DNA of 64,000 nucleotides from a virus, in the IMG/VR virus record IMGVR_UViG_3300030106_005205, positions 1-64,000 of that record; one strand, written 5' to 3'. Position 1 is the stretch's first letter, and every line of letters starts with the position of its first letter. Made by a program: the position numbers and the translations under genes. Below are positions 39,801-49,348 of this stretch, piece after piece. The notes beneath the pieces were generated by a model. It was not told the origin of the DNA and ran no database searches. It saw only the letters and a program-made list of their open reading frames with translations.

Positions 39801-42800
39801 ATCTCTCGAAAAGATCGGAACCATTTTCAAGGGTGGCCTTCAAAGTGTCTAGGGGTATTATAGACTCTCCCTCTCTAGCTGTAGCTTTTGACTGAATTGA
39901 AGCTCTGAAGTCATCTATGAAAATTTTTCCAACCTTACTTTTAGAAAACTCTTCACCTAAAGCTTTTTCAAAGTTTTGTACCACCTGATCAACATTTATT
40001 ATTTGATCTCCTTGGTCGATGCTTTGTTGGGTTGTTGTTTTTATAACATCAGTGATTACCTTATTAAAGTCAGCACCAAAAGTAACAGCCTCCTTGAGAC
40101 CATTCAGTAATCCTTTTGTTGCTTCATCTCCAGCACTGCCTAGTATAGAAAATGCTTGCTCGACTTGAGCAGCAGAATTAGCTGCAAAAAGATCAAGATT
40201 TTTCAATGGGTTTGCTTGCTCGCCAAGAGTGAAGTTTGCCTGACCGGACAATATCTCGGACACATCTTTATCTAAATTTGAGTTTACCCTATTTAGCCCT
40301 GCAGACAATTGTTTACTAGCAGCAGCAAATCTTCTAAGTGTATTTATCGTGCTATCTATAAAGATTGAAGTCTCTTTTAATGCTTGGTTCATAATCCCTA
40401 TTCTCTGGGATGACTTTGCAGTTTCTACAGTTGTAGCAAGTGCCTCTTTTGACAATTTGTTAAACTCTGCACCAAGAATTCTAGCTGTTTCAGGATCAAA
40501 ATTCTCACGAATAAATTGTGAAACTGAATCTATGGAACCTAGCGCGCTTTCAACATCAGCAAAAGCTTGAGGGTCCCCTTCAAATAATTGACCTACAACC
40601 GCCCTGAGTTTATCGCCAGCAGGACCAAGTCTTGCGGCTGTTTCTTCTACTTTAGAAATGAATTGGACTTGTAAGTCTCTTCCTATTTGCTCTGCTGCAG
40701 CTTGACCAGCGTCACCACTATCCCTCAATATAGCTTCTAACATTCTAAGTGATGTTGTGGTTTTTCTAAAGTCTATATCTCCAGCATCATTTAGGGTTTT
40801 GAGCTGATTTAAAACATTCGTTACCATCCGAGCGGCATCCTCACCACTTCCTCCAGCACTTGTAAATTGCTGAATTTGGTCTGCTGCAAATTGTTCCTGC
40901 ACTTTAGCAAAGGCTTTGCTCGAAGATTCAGCAAACTCCGCATCAAATCCAGAAAAGTTTTCTCTAAAAGTTCGCCCAAGCCTTCCGGCTGCACTAGACA
41001 TTTCAAGTCTTCTTCTTTCGTCGCTACCCCTACCTACATTACCAACCATTTCCGATAAAAGAGTAAGACCACGAGTGAAGGAACCACCAAACGTTTCATT
41101 TTCCATTAAAGTAGCTTGATTACTCAATTCTATGCTGCCACTAAATGATTTTACAGCAGCTGCTGCATTCTTATTTGCCCTTTCCAATAGCTGCAGATTA
41201 AGACCGGACGTATTTTCAGCTATTTCTCTAAATGAATCAGCCGCCTTTTTCATTGCGTCTGTTAGTTCTGTCAATCCTCTTGTTCTTAAATTGTCGGCAA
41301 CTTTCTTTGTAGACTTGTCAAGGATAAATAAAGCGGCAGCGCCTGCAGCTGCAGCAGCACCAAGCACTGGTAAAGAGGCAAGACCAAGACCTTTTAATGC
41401 TGCCACACCTCGCGACCCACCTCGTGCTCCTCCACCTCTTGTGATTAAAGCTTCTCTAGCTGATTCAAAACGACCAGCACCTTGCCTTCTAGCAAAATCA
41501 AATACTTTAGCACCTTGTTTCCCTAGAAATAAACCCTTAAGACCACCGACACTCTTACCAAGGTTGACTAATGAAGGTGCAAGAAATGCCGCAGTAGTTG
41601 CCAGACTTATCAGTGCAAACGTTAACTGTGATCCTGCTCCTTCCACTCCTTCTGCTGATTGTTTCACAGCCTCAGTAAGCATTGGAATAGTAAATAGAAG
41701 GTCGGGTAATAATAAAGCGCCCATCATTGCGCCGCCACCCATCCCTCCCTTTACTGGGCCTCCATTATTGAAACCTTGGACTCTGCCACCCTTAGCATAC
41801 TTATTTATATTTTTAAGATTTCCATAGCCAAACGATTTCGCTGAATTTTTATTAACAACAAACTCACCCGGAGTAAGAAGAGCAGGTACGGTATCAGTTC
41901 CTGATGCCATTCCACCACTTGCGAATAAAGAGAACTTCTCTACCATGGCAGGATTAAATCTAATCGACTGAGACTTAAACGTTTTTACCGCCTTGCCAAA
42001 TGTGCTGTCTATTTTATCTTGTGCAAAGTTATTCTTTATCTCACTCGGAAAGGAGAATAAAGTTCCGAAAAGTTCCTTGTATCTAGCTAAATTCCCACCT
42101 TGAACATCAAACAGAGGGGATGTTGTATCACGAAGCTCATCAGTTAGAAAATTTTGAGTTGCTAGTCTTGTAAAACCCTCAAAGAGCTGACCTTCTACTG
42201 AACCTAATGCTCCCCTGTCCAATAGCCTTGTTAATGGCTGAGGTAGAGTGGCAAGCGTTTTGCCCATTTCACCAAGTCCCTGAGCTAACAACTGAGGCAC
42301 TCTTTGCATTAATATGTCACCAAACTTGTCTCTAAAGTTTGGATTTACACCAGTAGCTATTCCTCTAGGAGCTATAAGGCTTGCTCCCTGCATTAATGAA
42401 TTGATACCTGCTGTTTCTAAGTCAGCACCCTCTACAAAAGCTATTGCCTGATCTGTGCTTTTAAAGTTCTTAAGCCTTTTGACATTACCTCTTCCTTTTA
42501 CCTTATTTGCAATTCTTGACCTTAAGCCTGAGTACTGATTGCTTTTTAATGGATTAGCTCCTCCGGTTGCCGATCCAGCTACTCTTAGGGCCCTGAGTTC
42601 AGCAAGCTCAGAATCCAAATTTGCACCACCCTTGCTAACGTCCCTTCTAAATGCTTTTTCAAGCTCTATCCTTGCTGAGCTTCCTTCATTTGCTATTGAT
42701 CTAACACTGGCGCCTCGTGCACTGAATCTTGAAGAGCCAGAAAGTCCATTTAAAACAGACATGTTAAAGGGCGATGTTACACTACCAACAACACCACCAG

Positions 42801-44628
42801 AAGCATATTTATTTATACCAGCTAAATTGCCTGCGCCAAATGCTTGCGTAGCAGATTTTCTAATCACAAACTCGCCCGGAGTTAGCATTGCTGGAACTGT
42901 GTCTCTATTGCCTGTTCCGGGAACAAGACCTCCTGAAGCAAAGCCTCTAGGTCCTGATCCTATTGATGGAACACTAAGTCTTCTGAGTAGTGAATTAATA
43001 GCTATATTATTTGCTATAACAGCCGTGGTATTTCCAGACAGGGCCTTAGTATTTGGTACTAAAGCGGCAGCTAATTGTTTAACTGTTCCGCTCAACAAGC
43101 TTGTAGCACTTGCCTGTTTTGCTACTGTTGATGAACCAGTTCCGGATATAGCTCCACCAACAGCTGACCCAACCCTTCCTACTCCACCAAACGAGCTAGC
43201 AAATCCTTGAGCAAACCCTATTGCTCCTTTAGCTAGTTTTATTGTAGCAAACTTAAGCATTAATGGTAGCAGTGGAACTAAAGTTTCTGATACGCTCAAA
43301 AATGCATTAGCCAATCCAGCCAAACTTTTTGCAACTGCCTGAAATGTTGCTGACTCAGATATAGTTCTGATCAATTTTCCGAACCTAGCAGATATTTGTT
43401 CGAATGTTTTTATAAGTGGGGTTAGACCTTTTTCTACGTCTGAACCCAATCCTTCAACTGCACCAGCTTGAGCCTCAGCAAAAGCAGACTCAGCTTTCCT
43501 GAAGTTTCTAATTGCGGGTAGTAATTTACCAATCTGGCGAATACCACCAAGTTGTTCTGTAATTGCAGAAAGCGTAACTGCATCACCTTTCTGAACAATC
43601 TTATCAAGTTCGCTAGATAATATTCGAAACGATTGAAAGAGCCCAACAAACTTACCATTGGCATCTGTAAGATTAATTCCTAATTGTTTTAATGTATCAA
43701 TTGTACCTCTTCTCTGAATACGAGAAAAGATTGTTCTTAAGCCAGTAGCAACTGTTTCGGCAGATTCACGAGTCGTAGAACGTACAGCTGTAAAAACACC
43801 AATAAATTGATTGAGCGCATCAATTGGTTTCTCAACTTCGCCAGCAGAAAGTGCAAAAACACCACCGGCACGTCTAATCGCTGCAATTAAATCATCAGAC
43901 TCAACGGCGAATTTCTTAGAAACTCTATTCAACGATCCAAGAATAGCTTCAGACTGAGATGCAGAAATACCAAACTGATTCAGAGCAGCAACTAGCCCTT
44001 CAGCGGTCTGTTTCATTTCACCAAATGTAGGAGCAAGAGAAGACCTTGCAACAGCAGTTATAGAGGACTTTATTTGATTTATTGATTGTCCTGTTTGTGC
44101 AAATATTTGGCTAATTTCTAATAGCTCATTTGCATCTTTACCTAACCCTGTAGCTAAATCATTAACAGCCTTTTTCAGTGAATTTAAGTTACCAGTAGTT
44201 CTTCCTGTTATTTGTGAAAGTTTTACAAGACCTCTTTCAAACTCAAGAGCTTTTGAAACGCCTTCTGAAATAGCTTGTGTCAAACGGAAGACTGTCCCGG
44301 TTACGATACCAGCAGCAGCAAATCTTTTAAAGGTAAGCGCAGTTTCTTTACCTAAAATCTGCATGGCATTTGCAGCTTGTTTTGTATTGTTGCCAAGCGT
44401 TCTCACACTCTTGCCAGCAGTCATCGCGTTTGTATTTAACCTGCTAGTATTTTTACTTAGCGTTTTAGTGGCATTGCTAATCTGAGTTAGCTGTTGTTTT
44501 GCACCCTTGGGCAAGTTAAGATTAACATTAGCATTTATATTGCCAAGCTGTTGACGTATAGTCTGTGTAATGGCCCTAATATTTTTAGGACCAGAAAGTA
44601 TAACCTGTGCATTTATATTAAAAGCCAT
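36850..44628 (-). CDS. Tail tape measure protein
   Basis: 2592 aa, Ala/Leu-rich helical; TP901-like core (AIRRAGG...RESAETVATGLRTIFSRI); hydrophobic segments; two FASGG...PGEFV repeats. Confidence 0.9.
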   Translation of the reverse strand: MAFNINAQVILSGPKNIRAITQTIRQQLGNINANVNLNLPKGAKQQLTQISNATKTLSKNTSRLNTNAMTAGKSVRTLGNNTKQAANAMQILGKETALTFKRFAAAGIVTGTVFRLTQAISEGVSKALEFERGLVKLSQITGRTTGNLNSLKKAVNDLATGLGKDANELLEISQIFAQTGQSINQIKSSITAVARSSLAPTFGEMKQTAEGLVAALNQFGISASQSEAILGSLNRVSKKFAVESDDLIAAIRRAGGVFALSAGEVEKPIDALNQFIGVFTAVRSTTRESAETVATGLRTIFSRIQRRGTIDTLKQLGINLTDANGKFVGLFQSFRILSSELDKIVQKGDAVTLSAITEQLGGIRQIGKLLPAIRNFRKAESAFAEAQAGAVEGLGSDVEKGLTPLIKTFEQISARFGKLIRTISESATFQAVAKSLAGLANAFLSVSETLVPLLPLMLKFATIKLAKGAIGFAQGFASSFGGVGRVGSAVGGAISGTGSSTVAKQASATSLLSGTVKQLAAALVPNTKALSGNTTAVIANNIAINSLLRRLSVPSIGSGPRGFASGGLVPGTGNRDTVPAMLTPGEFVIRKSATQAFGAGNLAGINKYASGGVVGSVTSPFNMSVLNGLSGSSRFSARGASVRSIANEGSSARIELEKAFRRDVSKGGANLDSELAELRALRVAGSATGGANPLKSNQYSGLRSRIANKVKGRGNVKRLKNFKSTDQAIAFVEGADLETAGINSLMQGASLIAPRGIATGVNPNFRDKFGDILMQRVPQLLAQGLGEMGKTLATLPQPLTRLLDRGALGSVEGQLFEGFTRLATQNFLTDELRDTTSPLFDVQGGNLARYKELFGTLFSFPSEIKNNFAQDKIDSTFGKAVKTFKSQSIRFNPAMVEKFSLFASGGMASGTDTVPALLTPGEFVVNKNSAKSFGYGNLKNINKYAKGGRVQGFNNGGPVKGGMGGGAMMGALLLPDLLFTIPMLTEAVKQSAEGVEGAGSQLTFALISLATTAAFLAPSLVNLGKSVGGLKGLFLGKQGAKVFDFARRQGAGRFESAREALITRGGGARGGSRGVAALKGLGLASLPVLGAAAAAGAAALFILDKSTKKVADNLRTRGLTELTDAMKKAADSFREIAENTSGLNLQLLERANKNAAAAVKSFSGSIELSNQATLMENETFGGSFTRGLTLLSEMVGNVGRGSDERRRLEMSSAAGRLGRTFRENFSGFDAEFAESSSKAFAKVQEQFAADQIQQFTSAGGSGEDAARMVTNVLNQLKTLNDAGDIDFRKTTTSLRMLEAILRDSGDAGQAAAEQIGRDLQVQFISKVEETAARLGPAGDKLRAVVGQLFEGDPQAFADVESALGSIDSVSQFIRENFDPETARILGAEFNKLSKEALATTVETAKSSQRIGIMNQALKETSIFIDSTINTLRRFAAASKQLSAGLNRVNSNLDKDVSEILSGQANFTLGEQANPLKNLDLFAANSAAQVEQAFSILGSAGDEATKGLLNGLKEAVTFGADFNKVITDVIKTTTQQSIDQGDQIINVDQVVQNFEKALGEEFSKSKVGKIFIDDFRASIQSKATAREGESIIPLDTLKATLENGSDLFERFSESGKTITETLADIIDSMREVEQATLQRLAQEFKIADAVRKIDLKQLDLADRVRDIRGIGNVGRRDANIQQVVADLGKRIAILTGGETNPTAIGKAQGRIRGRITELQTKREGQPLNEDELTELAGLKDEFSRNTEALKLLAENTSALTAVQNKIAELQSRQDASRKGLVGLLGQLGEVQNRARAGDFKGAREQALDIRKTFATIQKLQKGIPLNLDEAAKVLGGEFDQLLLDLGANPEALKKAIDNGFKLGRGAAVGGLGQLGIQLPANAFENVNLGDQINDAKNEADRIAKLQNAAFEALKNNAKLASDAVNNSKTAADIMQKALRDTTVELLNFKRALQFNVNPNQAPPEQPAAAAPAAAAQAVAAGGGGFQNIEPGKVRKNPAAIKRGEQIKALTGGNVNRFKTLKEEEKVLEERLASERKSADEARANQTEINKANQARVARMRDSVKLSEDQFKLAQENLRKFDEENRAMRREKDLGSLMKEKGATGLDSLAEILDKETKEGSTLTGFDDSGSPLSGKEFIKKRQRGTGISGAFFKKGGSRVEQVGGLDMRGGLDLGNTDRTVLLDDLRRTEATLEAHQEGLRKAEQKSLDDFLRPDEEKAEAKLAEMAAQRKAKLDASPSAQQFVADREAMLKFDPTMSAFDARLYDDEALNAQLGRPAGGTPFQPIQGVSQAPKKRETEMERRMRFNKQRGGRPVGTVESQFGISNSKLRLADAIKRGEFEGTGLMTDEDGTGAARLEYDIPQSLAEDQGLIPQGKIRNFKGYDPKLGLLKKDSYLSSRVTNQEVSAAIEFRRQQDLAAGNIDPMSGALTDKGREARGFKSKEDILSATKERQLGKAQRINQARNMLRSGKLQKGQVQDYIKTGQMPKPAFGANAGPAAAGPPAAGPAAAGGGVAGPDVAMNNLAQALNGVKDGFQINVGEINVTISNATELANSIKSMVVEAVKEGVGSVDLNNAPAGGDVVSQINGPPGAYA

Positions 44629-44648
44629 ATTTGTCTCTTAGCTTATTT

Positions 44649-44694
44649 AAAAAATAAAGCGGCCACAACACAACTTTTATTGCTATGACCGCTT
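44649..44694 (-). terminator. Intrinsic terminator upstream of tape measure gene
   Basis: AAGCGGTCATAGCA/TGTTGTGGCCGCTT stem followed by TATTTTTT. Confidence 0.7.
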
Positions 44695-44704
44695 ATCCAT
44701 TTAA

Positions 44705-45640
44705 TTATGAAGCATGAGCTTCTTTATTCTTTTCCGTATCGGCCTTTTTAGGTCGGCCACGACGCTTTTTCGGAGGTTCTTCTACAGCTTCTTCAACTAC
44801 TTCTTCAACCTCTTCTTCTGTGTCGTCTTCCTTATTAGCGGAAACGGGATTACCATCATCATCTAAAAAGGGAGAAAACTCAACTTCCCAGTCACCACTT
44901 TTAGTAACCTCACGTCCTGTGATATCAACAAAGATGTACTCGTCATCATTAATCCATTTTATGAGATTACCATTTTCGTCGATGTGATTTCCCTCGTAGT
45001 CAATAAGCTTGCCTTGATTGTCAACCAACCGAAACTTATCGTCTACATAGTCAAATTCCTTTAAGAACTTATTTTCTGGAAGTTTTTGGTCTAGATCTTC
45101 TGTTCCAGACATTAAATAGAAGAATTCAGTGGCTCCAGCAACCGCAACCGGATCGTCTTGGTTAGCCATATATTCATCATAACCTTCTTTAAAATATGGT
45201 TCTTCTGTAGTATTATACACCAGACATCGAGAAAAAAGAAAGTTAAAACGCGCTGCATCTGCTTTGCCCTCGCAAGTAATAGAGTCTAATTCTGACCTTC
45301 CAGATAGCATAGATATCATTTCTGCTCTTGATCGTGCCATTTCTAGCGCAATGTCTTTAGCTTCAGAAAGTTTAATTCCACCTTTAGTTAGAGAATATTC
45401 TCCATCAACTACTTTTTTTCTTAAGGCCTGATATTGTTTTTCTCGTTCATCATTCCAGAGTTCTCTTTTTCTAAGCTCATTATCGAGCTGGTCTCTAAGC
45501 AAGTCACCGCCCTGAAGAGCATCATTAAAAACTTTGGCTCTTATTTCATTAGCTTCCTTGACTTGCTCAATTTTTGGTCGAATGACTGCATAATCTTCAT
45601 CTGCAAATTTAAAAGTTCTTTTATCCCTAGAATTACTCAT
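44705..45640 (-). CDS. Putative tail assembly chaperone
   Basis: Immediately before tape measure; acidic/basic C-terminal tail. Confidence 0.45.
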   Translation of the reverse strand: MSNSRDKRTFKFADEDYAVIRPKIEQVKEANEIRAKVFNDALQGGDLLRDQLDNELRKRELWNDEREKQYQALRKKVVDGEYSLTKGGIKLSEAKDIALEMARSRAEMISMLSGRSELDSITCEGKADAARFNFLFSRCLVYNTTEEPYFKEGYDEYMANQDDPVAVAGATEFFYLMSGTEDLDQKLPENKFLKEFDYVDDKFRLVDNQGKLIDYEGNHIDENGNLIKWINDDEYIFVDITGREVTKSGDWEVEFSPFLDDDGNPVSANKEDDTEEEVEEVVEEAVEEPPKKRRGRPKKADTEKNKEAHAS

Positions 45641-45956
45641 TATCCTGATCTCCTACTACATAAAAATTAGTTATATATCTGTTCCATGTTAAAGTATATT
45701 GGCTTACTTCATTCTGAGCAGCCCTCGAATTTGAATTTCCAAGATCCAAAATTTTAGTTCTTGCTTCTGACCACAAATTTCTGTAATATTTTTCGTCATC
45801 ATCTAAGTCTGAATATGGTTTTCCGTGACCCCATAAAAACCCAAAAGAATCTTCAAAAGCCGCAAGAGACCCAATTGTTGTCGTATTAAATTTTTTAGTT
45901 AAATTATTTATTAATCTCTTCTTAGAAAAATTCGAAAATTCATCTTTCTTGTTCAC
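45633..45956 (-). CDS. Hypothetical protein
   Basis: AGGAG RBS, GTG start. Confidence 0.5.
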   Translation of the reverse strand: MNKKDEFSNFSKKRLINNLTKKFNTTTIGSLAAFEDSFGFLWGHGKPYSDLDDDEKYYRNLWSEARTKILDLGNSNSRAAQNEVSQYTLTWNRYITNFYVVGDQDNE

Positions 45957-45971
45957 ATCCTGTACTCCTTA

Positions 45972-47012
45972 TTATTTTTTAGTTGCCATTTCCATAAGTT
46001 CTTTCCTTAATCTCATTTTTACATCACTTAGCTGATGTTCATGTATAACTTCACCACCTGCTTGCTTAACTTCCTTAAGTCTATTCTTCACTTTCATTCT
46101 ATCACTATGGGTGTTCAAATCATAGATATTTTCAGCATCTTCTCTATTGGTGACCATAAATATCTCACCCCCCTTTTGCCCAGAAATCTTGTCTGCATTT
46201 TTCTGATCTCTGTATTTATCAGCCTCTTTTCTTTGAATTGTACTCCACCCATCAAATGCGTCATCATCGTTAAAAACTTCATCTGGGGGAGCCTCGGGAC
46301 TTTGTCTTGCATTATCATACATCTTAGAATACAAGATAAGGTTTCTTTGAAAGATATTGAAATGTGATGAAGGGAAATCAAAAATAGGATTATCTTTTTG
46401 TGAATCCCAATAGCTTTTCCAAGGGTTTGTTCTCGATACCTCTCTTAAATACGGTACTATAGAATATTCTTCGATCCATCTGTCGTATGCAAAATCTAAT
46501 AAGCCGGAACTCTGGTCTAGCAATTTATCGGGATCATATATCTGGTTTTCTTTCAAGTCAAATATTGAGAGAGCTATAGCAAACCTATCCCTAACAAAAT
46601 CTTTATATGATTCCAATGTTACATGATCTGTAGACGATTTCTTGTGAATTGCGTCTGTTATTGCTTTTCTAACACCTGCAAGCCTTCTTTTTAGTGATTG
46701 CTTTGCTTTTGTATTGTAGAAATTTTTAAAGATAGATATTTGTATTTCTTCTACTGTTTCTTCGGCTGCTTTCAGCCTTTTATCATCGTCAGAAGTCCAA
46801 ATACCTCTATTGTGAAGAACTTGTTTTAGCTGTTCTTTTGTAATTAACTGGTTATAATTTAAGCCTTCTCCAGCCTCTTTTGCAAGAAACTCAGCAAGAG
46901 TTCTTTTCTCTGGAGTTGGACTTACTATCTTGTATATTTGTCCATCAAATCTAAAAAAGATAACACCAGACAAAAGCTTTTCTACTATGAAGCTTTTTTC
47001 ACTACTGTCCAT
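45972..47012 (-). CDS. Putative tail assembly protein
   Basis: Between tail tube and tape measure; PEAPPDEV..DDDAFDGW motif. Confidence 0.45.
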   Translation of the reverse strand: MDSSEKSFIVEKLLSGVIFFRFDGQIYKIVSPTPEKRTLAEFLAKEAGEGLNYNQLITKEQLKQVLHNRGIWTSDDDKRLKAAEETVEEIQISIFKNFYNTKAKQSLKRRLAGVRKAITDAIHKKSSTDHVTLESYKDFVRDRFAIALSIFDLKENQIYDPDKLLDQSSGLLDFAYDRWIEEYSIVPYLREVSRTNPWKSYWDSQKDNPIFDFPSSHFNIFQRNLILYSKMYDNARQSPEAPPDEVFNDDDAFDGWSTIQRKEADKYRDQKNADKISGQKGGEIFMVTNREDAENIYDLNTHSDRMKVKNRLKEVKQAGGEVIHEHQLSDVKMRLRKELMEMATKK

Positions 47013-47097
47013 AAAATTCCTAAAAATCCTAAAACGTCAGCAACCTCACTTGCCCATTCCGCGCGTCTTTATTTGGGCTATCGCTATCGCTACCGAC

Positions 47098-47133
47098 AAA
47101 AATAAAGCAAAGGGGCCACATTGCTGCAGCCCC
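47098..47133 (-). terminator. Intrinsic terminator after tail tube gene
   Basis: GGGGCTGCA-GCAA-TGTGGCCCC (GNRA loop) then TTTGCTTTATTTTT. Confidence 0.8.
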
Positions 47134-47145
47134 AATGCATTATCA

Positions 47146-48315
47146 TTACACATATACACCAGTGCCGACGTAGGTTTCACGCTCGCCCCACCACGTTTCA
47201 CCGTCAGTGGCACCACCGCTAGCATCTACATCTGAAAGATGCATTACAGTAAAGTCATTGAAATTGGTATAAGAATAAGTAACTGTAGCGTTTCCACCAC
47301 CAGCATCACCACCACCGTATGAAACGGAAGATAGTTTATTCTTCTGACCCATCCAAACTCTTAAACCTTCACAGGTTGCAATACGAATTCTTCTCTCATT
47401 AAGATTAGATTTTGTATTACATACAGCCGAATCAGTACAATCGTCCAAAGCGTTAATCAAATCACCACTAGATGTGGTAACTTCAATATCACAAGTAACT
47501 TCAACTGGGAATGTAACTGTCTTAGCGTAAGGCAGCTTAGAGCCCAGTTCAAAGATATCCTCGCGAGAGACATCAGTAGAAACTGTAATCGAGGAAATGT
47601 GCGCAGTTCCCTTTTGTCCTGACGTACCAACACCCGGAATGTCTTCTGGAACAATTGTGTAGTCAGCTTTATTACACTGAGTGAGTCCGGTTGCGAACTG
47701 AATGTTTTCACGTCTATTCACACCGCCTGAACCAATCGGAGCATCGTTATTACCACCAAATGCACCAGCGGTAGCAGTTGGATGATAGCGAACACCACAA
47801 TCTTCAGAAATAGTATTCTTTGCTGTCCCAGACTTCCATACTTTATAGTTACCGACTAAAGTGATATCTTCAGAGAAGTTATCATCAAGCGGGAAGTTAT
47901 AGCCAACAGAAGAAACAACAAGACCTGACATTTCTACGTAGGAACCAGCGGCGGAGGAGTCTTCTCCAGCTGATTGCTTCGCTTCATCCCATATACCAAG
48001 TTGAACAAATGTTTTAACATCTGAATCAACCCTGTTGGTTAATGAGGGTCCGTTTGATTGATCTGCAGTGGCCAAACAATAAAGTGGAATGTAACCATCT
48101 AAAACTTTAGACATAGTCACTTCAACGTCTGGTGTTCCCTCTACGTTTTCGTAAATGGAAATTTGACCGAGCTCGAATACTTGTTCTAGGTTAAAGTTTG
48201 TTGTAATACCAATGGATTGAACACCGTGAGCAGCAGTCCGTGTACCGGAGCCGCCTGAACCGTTCTTACCAAAGGATACTTGCTGAATAGCGTAATATAC
48301 TCTATTATTTGCCAT
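47146..48315 (-). CDS. Major tail (tube) protein
   Basis: GVQS...LEQVFELGQ, REDIFELG (duplicated tube-fold motif); strong RBS, own terminator, position. Confidence 0.7.
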   Translation of the reverse strand: MANNRVYYAIQQVSFGKNGSGGSGTRTAAHGVQSIGITTNFNLEQVFELGQISIYENVEGTPDVEVTMSKVLDGYIPLYCLATADQSNGPSLTNRVDSDVKTFVQLGIWDEAKQSAGEDSSAAGSYVEMSGLVVSSVGYNFPLDDNFSEDITLVGNYKVWKSGTAKNTISEDCGVRYHPTATAGAFGGNNDAPIGSGGVNRRENIQFATGLTQCNKADYTIVPEDIPGVGTSGQKGTAHISSITVSTDVSREDIFELGSKLPYAKTVTFPVEVTCDIEVTTSSGDLINALDDCTDSAVCNTKSNLNERRIRIATCEGLRVWMGQKNKLSSVSYGGGDAGGGNATVTYSYTNFNDFTVMHLSDVDASGGATDGETWWGERETYVGTGVYV

Positions 48316-48359
48316 TAAACTTCTCCTGAAAAAATATAGTTAGATACCGTATCTAGTCT

Positions 48360-48369
48360 AATATACACC
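48360..48369 (-). promoter_or_regulatory. Candidate late promoter GGTGTATATT
   Basis: Motif recurs at 53850 and 63101 upstream of structural genes. Confidence 0.5.
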
Positions 48370-48372
48370 AAA

Positions 48373-49347
48373 TTAGTCTATCACGACCTCAAAAGTGGTC
48401 CTGACAGTTGCCTCATGGAGTCTAGAATTATAACTTTGCATCTCGGTTACATTCATGTCCACCATTCTAGCTAACAAATATCTATAATCTTCATCTGTAA
48501 CAATGTTGTCATAGTTATTTGGGTTAGCGACGGTCATTCCCCTAAAATCTAAGGGGAACGCCCCGCTAGAAGCTACAGTATTGCTATTATATAGCCATAC
48601 CTGCTCATCTTTTTGTAAAGAAACAATATCGACAAGCTGATTCCTCCACCATCTAGATTCGGCAATAATATGGAACAAAACATCTTGTCTAACGAACTGA
48701 GATGTATCACCCATCTGATAAGGAGTCATTCTTCTTCTCGGGACCGCTTCAATTACAATTGCGGGCATTTGGACCCTGTGGTTCGCTAAGATACCCCAAG
48801 ATCCTGATCCTGCTACACTGTAGCTAGAATCGTCAACTCGTAAAGAATCATATTGAAGCTCATCCCACCAAGGGGCTTGATCAGCAACATAAGTCTGAAC
48901 ATTCCTGTAGCTGTATTCTAATTCAACAGTAGATGTTGTAGGTATTGCGCTATTAAATACGACCCTACCATTTGGATAATCATAATGATGTCCATAGCTA
49001 GCATCTCCTGTACCCTTTAATACTCCATCAACATAGACTCCTGAGATCTGCGTTGCGGAATAGTCTACTGATTTGTCTGAGTATAGTGTTCCGGTTTCCC
49101 AAACCCAATCTTTTCTGGCAGTCTCCCACACTTCTCCATTATTATAAGACGGATCTTCAACAGGTCTAAGGTCACTAAAATCGCCACCGAAAGCTCCAGA
49201 GGTTGGCTTATCAACATCAGTCCATCCTCCAATTCCTAGAAGTCCCCAATCCATATACCATTTTAGATTAGATTCTAATTCAGAAGTAAATAAAGTATCT
49301 CCAATATTTGATACTTTAGAAAAAGTTGTATAAGGTTCTACTGTCAT
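48373..49347 (-). CDS. Putative tail terminator/neck protein
   Basis: Directly before tail tube; MPAIVIE...DVLFHIIAE. Confidence 0.5.
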   Translation of the reverse strand: MTVEPYTTFSKVSNIGDTLFTSELESNLKWYMDWGLLGIGGWTDVDKPTSGAFGGDFSDLRPVEDPSYNNGEVWETARKDWVWETGTLYSDKSVDYSATQISGVYVDGVLKGTGDASYGHHYDYPNGRVVFNSAIPTTSTVELEYSYRNVQTYVADQAPWWDELQYDSLRVDDSSYSVAGSGSWGILANHRVQMPAIVIEAVPRRRMTPYQMGDTSQFVRQDVLFHIIAESRWWRNQLVDIVSLQKDEQVWLYNSNTVASSGAFPLDFRGMTVANPNNYDNIVTDEDYRYLLARMVDMNVTEMQSYNSRLHEATVRTTFEVVID

Positions 49348-49348
49348 T

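Noticed and set aside
36959-43210. Long + strand ORFs opposite the tape measure (e.g. 41132-41827, 42539-43210) and opposite the fibre gene
   Set aside because: Antisense shadows of Ala/Gly/Thr-rich coding sequence; no RBS or recognisable motifs
44705-47012. Programmed frameshift in tail assembly chaperones
   Set aside because: The three ORFs each have their own RBS and start; no convincing slippery site at an ORF end
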